Origin: Alphaproteobacteria bacterium
GTDB taxonomy: Bacteria; Pseudomonadota; Alphaproteobacteria; UBA828
Direction of reading: 5' to 3'
NCBI GenBank assembly: GCA_965220745.1
Contig: CBDCQT010000010.1
Location: 352,001-416,000 of the forward strand
DNA length: 64,000 nucleotides
In this document: in pieces, positions 58,034 to 64,000 of the stretch
How the letters are laid out: each line of letters opens with the position of its first letter
Position numbering within the stretch: the first letter of the stretch is position 1
Translations under genes and position numbers: made by a program
The notes under the pieces: model-generated
Told to the model about the DNA's origin: nothing
The model's database searches: none
Seen by the model: the letters and a program-made list of their open reading frames with translations, nothing else

Positions 58034-58990
58034 ATGATCCAAATCCTCATCATGGTGGCCCAGCGCTTCGCGCTGGGCCTCCTCACCCTGTTCGCCGTCT
58101 CGCTGATCATCTTTCTCGGCGTCGAGCTGCTGCCGGGAGACATCACCCAGGCGCTCCTGGGCCAGGGTGCGACCGAGGAGACGGTCGCTGCGTTTCGCAG
58201 AGAGCTCGGGCTGAACCTGCCGCCGCACGAGCGCTACATCGCCTGGCTCGGCGGCATACTGCAGGGCGACCTCGGTCAGTCCCTCGCCAACAAGCGCGAG
58301 ATCGCCGAGCTCATCGGCGTGCGGCTGGAGAACACGCTGTTTCTCGCCTTCATCAGCGCGATCATCTCCATTCCCCTCGCGCTCGGCCTGGGGATTCTGG
58401 CTGCGCTCTACCGCAACACGCTTTACGACCGCACGGTCAACGTCTTCACGCTGTCCTCGATCTCGTTCCCGGAGTTTTTCGTCGCCTACATCCTGATCCT
58501 GGTGATGGCGGTCCACCTCGGGTGGTTCCCGAGCATCTCCAACATCGGGCAGGAGCTGGGGCTTTGGGAGCGGGTCTACCGCACCGTGCTGCCGGCGCTG
58601 ACGCTGACGCTGGTGGTGGTCGCGCACATGATGCGGATGACGCGGGCTGCGATCATCAACCTGCTGGCCAGCCCCTACATCGAGATGGCGACCCTCAAGG
58701 GCCTCTCGCGCGGGCGCATCATCGTCAAGCACGCGCTCCCCAATGCGCTCGCGCCGATCATCAACGTCGTCGTGATCAATCTCGCCTACCTGGTGGTGGG
58801 CGTGGTCATCGTCGAAGTTGTCTTCGTTTATCCGGGGCTGGGGCAGCTCCTCATCGACGCCGTGCGTTCGCGCGACCTTCCGGTGGTGCAGGCCACGGGG
58901 CTGATCTTCGCCGCCGCCTACATCCTGCTCAACCTGACCGCGGACGTGCTGTCGATCATGACGAACCCGCGGCTGCTGCATCCGCGCTAG
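58034..58990 (+). CDS. ABC permease (DppB-like)
   Basis: LPGD, QGDLGQS, YIEMATLKGL, HALPNA. Confidence 0.9.
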   Translation: MIQILIMVAQRFALGLLTLFAVSLIIFLGVELLPGDITQALLGQGATEETVAAFRRELGLNLPPHERYIAWLGGILQGDLGQSLANKREIAELIGVRLENTLFLAFISAIISIPLALGLGILAALYRNTLYDRTVNVFTLSSISFPEFFVAYILILVMAVHLGWFPSISNIGQELGLWERVYRTVLPALTLTLVVVAHMMRMTRAAIINLLASPYIEMATLKGLSRGRIIVKHALPNALAPIINVVVINLAYLVVGVVIVEVVFVYPGLGQLLIDAVRSRDLPVVQATGLIFAAAYILLNLTADVLSIMTNPRLLHPR

Positions 58991-59012
58991 GAAGGGCGGC
59001 GAGGCGGCAACG

Positions 59013-59843
59013 ATGCGGCAGACCCTCAAACACCTGCGAAAGTCGCCGTGGAGCGCGCGGTTTGGGATTCTCGTCGTCGGCTTCTACGTGTTCATCGCGA
59101 TCTTCGGGCCCCTGCTGACCCCTTACGGCGAGTCCGAGATCGTCGGTTTCGAATACGAGCCCTGGGGCGCGGAGTTCCTGCTGGGCACCGACAACCTGGG
59201 GCGGGACATGCTGACCCGCCTCATCTACGGCGCCCGCAACACCATCGGCATCGCCTTCCTGACGACCCTGCTGGCCTTCCTCATCGGCTGCGTGGCGGGC
59301 TTCCTGGCCGCCGTGGTGGGCGGCTGGACCGAGCAGGGGATCAGCCGCCTGAACGACATCCTGATGGCGATCCCGCAGCTCATCTTCGCGCTGTTGATCC
59401 TCACCATCGCCGGCACGTCGATTCCGGTCCTGGTCGTCGTCATCGCCGTGCTCGATTCCACCCGCGTCTACCGGCTGGCACGGGCGGTCGCCATGAATAT
59501 CGTGGTGATGGACTACGTGGAGGTCGCGCGGCTGCGGGGCGAGGGGCTGTGGTGGATCATGCGGAGCGAGGTGCTGCCCAATGCGCTGCCGCCGCTGGTC
59601 GCAGAGTTCGGGTTGCGCTTCTGCTTCGTCTTCCTGCTGCTGAGCGCGCTCAGCTTCCTCGGCCTCGGCATCCAGCCGCCCACGGCCGACTGGGGCAGCA
59701 TGGTGCGCGACAACGCCACGTTGATCACCTTCGGCGACTTCACGCCGATCCTGCCGGCGGCCTCCATTGCGCTGCTCACCATCGGCGTGAACTTCATCGT
59801 CGATTGGCTCCTCCACAAATCGTCGGGGCTCAAGGATGCCTGA
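59013..59843 (+). CDS. ABC permease (DppC-like)
   Basis: LGTDNLGRD, YVEVARLRGE, LSFLGLG.QPP.ADWG. Confidence 0.9.
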   Translation: MRQTLKHLRKSPWSARFGILVVGFYVFIAIFGPLLTPYGESEIVGFEYEPWGAEFLLGTDNLGRDMLTRLIYGARNTIGIAFLTTLLAFLIGCVAGFLAAVVGGWTEQGISRLNDILMAIPQLIFALLILTIAGTSIPVLVVVIAVLDSTRVYRLARAVAMNIVVMDYVEVARLRGEGLWWIMRSEVLPNALPPLVAEFGLRFCFVFLLLSALSFLGLGIQPPTADWGSMVRDNATLITFGDFTPILPAASIALLTIGVNFIVDWLLHKSSGLKDA

Positions 59844-61527
59844 CGCGGATACCACCGGAGGCGCGCGCGAACCGCTGCTCACGATGACGGGGCTCCGCAT
59901 CGAAGGGCAGGCCGACGACGAGTGGCACGAGATCGTGCACGGCGTCGACGTGGTGTTGCATCGCGGCGAGGTGCTGGGGCTGATCGGCGAATCGGGCGCG
60001 GGCAAGTCCACCATCGGGCTCGCGGCCATGGGATTTGCCCGGCCGGGCTGCCGGCTCACCGGCGGCGATATCGTGTTCGACGGGGTGGAGCTGCGCGGCG
60101 CTTCGCGGGGTCACACGCGGGCCCTGCGGGGCGCGCGCATCGCCTACGTCGCCCAGAGCGCGGCGGCCGCGTTCAACCCGGCGCATAGGCTCATCGACCA
60201 GTTCACCGAGGCGCCGGTGCGCCACAGGGTCAAGTCCCGAGGCGCGGCGGAAGCGGACGCCAAGGACCTCTACGGCCGGCTGCGGCTCCCCGAACCCGAG
60301 AAGATCGGCTACCGCTATCCGCACCAGGTCTCGGGCGGGCAGCTTCAGCGTGCCATGGTCGCCATGGCCATGGCGTGCCGGCCCGACCTCATCGTCTTCG
60401 ACGAGCCGACGACGGCGCTCGACGTGACCACCCAGATCGAGGTGCTGGCGGCGATCAAGGACGTCGTCAGGCAGTTCGATACGGCCGCCATCTATATCAG
60501 CCACGATCTCGCCGTCGTCGCCCAGATGGCGGACCGCATCATGGTGCTGCGCCACGGCAACCTGGTGGAAGAGGGGACCGCCGACAGCATCGTCAATCGC
60601 CCGGAGCAGGAGTACACGCAGCGGCTGCTCGCGGTGCGCACCTTCCGCAAGCCGGTCGCAGAGCCGGTACAGGAGGAGCCGCTCTTGCGCATCGAAGGGG
60701 TCGCCGTGCGCTATCGCCGGTCCGCGCGAGTCCTGGAGGGTGTCGATCTCGACATCGGCCGGCAGCGCACGGTCGCGATCGTGGGCGAATCGGGTAGCGG
60801 CAAGAGCACGCTCGCGCGCGTCGTCACCGGGCTGCTTCCGCCGGAGGAAGGACGATTGGTGTTCGACGGCGACGTGCTGGCGCCGGCGCTGGCGCGCCGG
60901 CCGCGCGAGCAGCTCCGCCGCCTGCAGATGATCCACCAGATGCCGGACACGGCGTTGAACCCGCGCCAGCGCGTGCGCGAGGTTATCGGCCGCCCGCTCA
61001 CGTTCTATTCCGGGCTGCACGGGCGGAAGCGCGAAGACCGGGTGCGCGAGCTCCTGGACATGGTCGAGCTCGAGCCCGACGAGTTCTTCGACCGCTTTCC
61101 GGCGGAACTTTCGGGCGGCCAGAAGCAGCGGGTGTGTATCGCCCGCGCGCTCGGCGCCGGGCCGGACCTGATCATCTGCGACGAAGTGACTTCGGCGCTC
61201 GACCAGCTGGTGGCCGAGCGGGTGCTGCAGCTCTTGCAGCGGCTTCAGGACGAACTCGGCGTCTCGTACATGTTCATCACGCACGACTTCGCGACCGTGC
61301 GGGCGATATCCGACGAGATCGTGGTCATGTTCCAGGGACGCATCGTCGAGCAGGGCGCGCGGAACGACGTGTTGACACCGCCTCACCACGAGTACACGGA
61401 CCTGCTGCTCTCGTCGGTGCCGGAAATGAAGATCGGCTGGCTGGATCAGACGCTGGCCGGGCGCAGGGAACGCCAAGCGGGTGGCGACGAGGGCCTGAAG
61501 GAAGGCGCGCCGGCCTCCCAAAACTGA
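59836..61527 (+). CDS. ABC ATPase with two NBDs
   Basis: GESGAGKS/SGGQLQR/DEPT and GESGSGKS/LSGGQKQR/CDEVT. Confidence 0.9.
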   Translation: MPDADTTGGAREPLLTMTGLRIEGQADDEWHEIVHGVDVVLHRGEVLGLIGESGAGKSTIGLAAMGFARPGCRLTGGDIVFDGVELRGASRGHTRALRGARIAYVAQSAAAAFNPAHRLIDQFTEAPVRHRVKSRGAAEADAKDLYGRLRLPEPEKIGYRYPHQVSGGQLQRAMVAMAMACRPDLIVFDEPTTALDVTTQIEVLAAIKDVVRQFDTAAIYISHDLAVVAQMADRIMVLRHGNLVEEGTADSIVNRPEQEYTQRLLAVRTFRKPVAEPVQEEPLLRIEGVAVRYRRSARVLEGVDLDIGRQRTVAIVGESGSGKSTLARVVTGLLPPEEGRLVFDGDVLAPALARRPREQLRRLQMIHQMPDTALNPRQRVREVIGRPLTFYSGLHGRKREDRVRELLDMVELEPDEFFDRFPAELSGGQKQRVCIARALGAGPDLIICDEVTSALDQLVAERVLQLLQRLQDELGVSYMFITHDFATVRAISDEIVVMFQGRIVEQGARNDVLTPPHHEYTDLLLSSVPEMKIGWLDQTLAGRRERQAGGDEGLKEGAPASQN

Positions 61528-61576
61528 TATGAGTCAATCGGCCTGACGGGCCGCGTTCGTGGAAGGGGGCCACGCC

Positions 61577-62659
61577 ATGAATATCGCTGCGAAGCCGGCC
61601 GAGGTCTCGGCTGCCAAGACCGGCGCCCGCATGAAAGAGGCCACGGTGTGGGCCCTGCCTGCCCGATGGTACGCGGACCCCGAGATCTACGAGGCCGAAC
61701 GGCGGAACATCTTCGGGCGCCAGTGGCTCTGGATCGGGCGCGAGGCGGAGGTCGCCGAGCCGGGCCAGTACGTGACGGCCGCACCCGCCGGATTTCCGCT
61801 CTTCGTGCGCCGCGCCGAAGACGGCACGCTGCGCGCGTTTCACAACGTGTGCCGGCACCGGGCGTCGAAGCTGCTGACCGAGCCAAGCGGGCGGTGCAAC
61901 ACCATCGAGTGCCCCTACCACGGGTGGCGCTATCGCTCGGACGGCGCGCTCGACCATGTGCCGCTGTTCGGCGAAGCACCGGATTTCCCGAAGGACGAGC
62001 TGTCGCTCTTCCCCGTCGCGGCAGAGGCCTGGCGGGGCCTCCTCTTCGTCTGCCTCGACCCCGACGCGCCGCCGCTCCTCGACTGGCTCGGCCCGATCGA
62101 GGAGGCCTTCGCGCGGACCGCGCCGGCGCGGGTCAACTTCGGGCGGGAAGCGACGTACATGGTCGCGTGCAACTGGAAGACCTACGTCGACAACTACCAG
62201 GAGGGCTATCATATCCCGCCCCTGCACCCCTCGCTGCACCGCGACCTGGACTGGACGCGCTACCGGGTGATCAACTTCGAGGGCGGCAGCCTCCACGACG
62301 GGCCGCAGAAGAAACGCTCGAAGCATCCGGGAAGCTACGGCTGGCGCTTTCCCAATTTCGCGTTCAACTCGTACCCGGACGGGGTCTCCTTCATGCGGAT
62401 GGAGCCGGTCGGCCACGCGCGGACCCGCCTCGTCTATCAGTTCTGGACACCGGACGGAGCCGGCCCGGCCGAGCTGGAGGCGGCGGCCGCTTACGGTATC
62501 CAACTGGCCAAGGAGGACATCGGGATCGTGGAGGTGGTCCAGCAGAACCTGAACGCCGGCATGTACGAGCGGGGGCCGCTGAGCCCGCGCCACGAGAACG
62601 GGCTCTTTCACTTCCACCAGATGGTGCGCGAGGCCGTCGGCCCGGCGGTGGAAGGTTAG
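61577..62659 (+). CDS. Rieske non-heme iron oxygenase alpha subunit (choline/carnitine monooxygenase-like)
   Basis: NVCRHR...CPYHGW Rieske motif; NWK.YVDNYQEGYHIP.LH; ED. Confidence 0.9.
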   Translation: MNIAAKPAEVSAAKTGARMKEATVWALPARWYADPEIYEAERRNIFGRQWLWIGREAEVAEPGQYVTAAPAGFPLFVRRAEDGTLRAFHNVCRHRASKLLTEPSGRCNTIECPYHGWRYRSDGALDHVPLFGEAPDFPKDELSLFPVAAEAWRGLLFVCLDPDAPPLLDWLGPIEEAFARTAPARVNFGREATYMVACNWKTYVDNYQEGYHIPPLHPSLHRDLDWTRYRVINFEGGSLHDGPQKKRSKHPGSYGWRFPNFAFNSYPDGVSFMRMEPVGHARTRLVYQFWTPDGAGPAELEAAAAYGIQLAKEDIGIVEVVQQNLNAGMYERGPLSPRHENGLFHFHQMVREAVGPAVEG

Positions 62660-62662
62660 GCT

Positions 62663-63784
62663 TCAGAGCTCACTGGCCTGATGGACTGAATTATCGAGCC
62701 ATTCCGGGCGGACCGTGATTCCCCAGCCGGGGCCGCCGGGAATCTCGACCGTGCCGTCCTTCGCCACCGGCATTTCGTCGTAGATGCCGTACTGCCAGGG
62801 ATAGAAGTCGGCGCCCTCGATGGAGAACTCGACGTAGGGGCCCGCGTTCTCCAGCGCGCCCATCAGGTGCAGGGTGAAGATGGTGACCAGGGACATGTTG
62901 GCGGCGTGGGGCGTGACCGGCATGCCGGCCGCCTGCGCCATGCGCGCGACGCGAAGGAAGCGCTCGACGCCGCCGACGTAGCAGACGTCGGGCTGGGCCA
63001 CGTCCATGGTCCGGCTTTCGATCAGGAACTGCCAGAGCGTGAGGTTGTTGTCCTGCTCGCCGCCGGTCACGTCCAGGTCGAGCGCCTCCTTCACCTCGCG
63101 CGTCCAGTCCGGCTTCCAGTAGGGGCAGGGCTCCTCGAAGTGGCAGACGTCGTTCTCCTCCAGGACGCCGCGGCCGAGCGCGATGGCCTGCGCCGGTGCG
63201 TAGCAGCTGTTCGCATCGACCAGCAGCGCGACATCGTCGCCGAGCGCGCGGCGAACCGCCCGCACGATCGCCTCGGAGCGGCCCGGCCACTCATCCCTCC
63301 CGCGGCCGCATACCGAGCCCACGCGGAACTTGAAGGCGTCGTAGCCGTGGCGCTCGCGCAGTCTGAGGAAGCGTTCGGCCTCCGCTTCCGGCGTGATCTC
63401 ACGCTGCATGCTGGAGGCGTAGACGCGAAGCGGGCGCGGGGTGCCGCCCAGAAGCTCGCACACGCTCTTGCCCTGGAGCTTGCCGTGGAGGTCCCAGATC
63501 GCGGTGTCGAGCCCGCCCAGCGCCCGGCACAGGTGGGAGCCCGGAAACTTGTGCTCCCGCTCGCAGATCAGATCGAGCAGGTCGCCCAATTGGTCGAGCG
63601 CCGCAATGTCCTGGCCGAGCGCCCAGGGCGCGACCTGCCGGTGGAGCACGGTCGCGGAGATGTCGGCGTGGTAGGTCGAGACCTGTCCCCAGCCCTCCGT
63701 GCCGTCGTCGGCGGTGACGCGCGTGAGCCCGACCTCGCGGGTGCAGAACGTCTCGATTTTCTGAATCTTCATCGGCCGGCTCAC
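62663..63784 (-). CDS. Mandelate racemase / muconate lactonizing enzyme family
   Basis: DTAIWDL.GK, FKFR, VDAN, FEEP, GGEQ, QPD, PGWG. Confidence 0.9.
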   Translation of the reverse strand: MSRPMKIQKIETFCTREVGLTRVTADDGTEGWGQVSTYHADISATVLHRQVAPWALGQDIAALDQLGDLLDLICEREHKFPGSHLCRALGGLDTAIWDLHGKLQGKSVCELLGGTPRPLRVYASSMQREITPEAEAERFLRLRERHGYDAFKFRVGSVCGRGRDEWPGRSEAIVRAVRRALGDDVALLVDANSCYAPAQAIALGRGVLEENDVCHFEEPCPYWKPDWTREVKEALDLDVTGGEQDNNLTLWQFLIESRTMDVAQPDVCYVGGVERFLRVARMAQAAGMPVTPHAANMSLVTIFTLHLMGALENAGPYVEFSIEGADFYPWQYGIYDEMPVAKDGTVEIPGGPGWGITVRPEWLDNSVHQASEL

Positions 63785-63790
63785 ACGTGT

Positions 63791-64000
63791 TCAGTCAGGA
63801 AAGACGATGACGTGGCGCAGGTGGTGGGAGCGCCGCGCGAGCGCGAGCGCCTCGTTGATTTCGTCCAGCGGTCTGCGCGAGGCGATCAGCTCGTCGAGCC
63901 TGAGCCGGCCGCTCCGGTAAAGCCGAAACAGCTTCGGCACGTCGATGCGGAGCCTGGCATCGCCCATCTTGCAGCCGAGAATCCGCTGCCCGAAGTGCGA
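63791..64000 (-). CDS. Zinc-dependent alcohol dehydrogenase, C-terminal part (start lies beyond the window)
   Basis: Hand translation: ...QRILGCKMGDARLRIDVPKLFRLYRSGRLRLDELI...LDEINEAL...RHVIVFPD*. Confidence 0.8.
   Translation of the reverse strand, partial: SHFGQRILGCKMGDARLRIDVPKLFRLYRSGRLRLDELIASRRPLDEINEALALARRSHHLRHVIVFPD

Overview
A 64 kb GC-rich (about 70% by eye) chromosomal window, most consistent with an alphaproteobacterium because of the metK-trmB-rimP-nusA-ylxR-infB-rbfA-truB-rpsO-pnp-nitronate-monooxygenase synteny at 33-46 kb. The left arm (0.4-20 kb) is catabolic: a dienelactone hydrolase-SnoaL fusion, an hmfABCDE-like (2-furoate-type) molybdoenzyme/CoA-ligase/crotonase operon running directly into nickel-pincer cofactor genes larC-larE-larB with no larA, a peptide-family ABC importer with one apparently degenerate ATP site, and two tandem MHPCO-like flavin oxygenases. 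The middle holds higBA, an AceE-like E1, a low-GC orphan gene, sulfur/flavin enzymes and a nucleoside-type ABC transporter. Positions 46.9-52.7 kb are a repeat/mobile-element hotspot: an orphan Mu gp27-like (DUF3486) gene with a 10-bp-phased DNA array, whose leader and array architecture recur without the gene at 24.36-24.61 kb; a GIY-YIG nuclease framed by inverted CGTC-type REPs, one of them split by an intact IS4; and two nested hairpin repeat families. The right arm has hydA, a second peptide-family ABC system, a Rieske oxygenase and an enolase-superfamily enzyme. No rRNA, tRNA or CRISPR array was recognised. Family calls come from motif recognition by eye, and identities were counted by hand; no searches were run.
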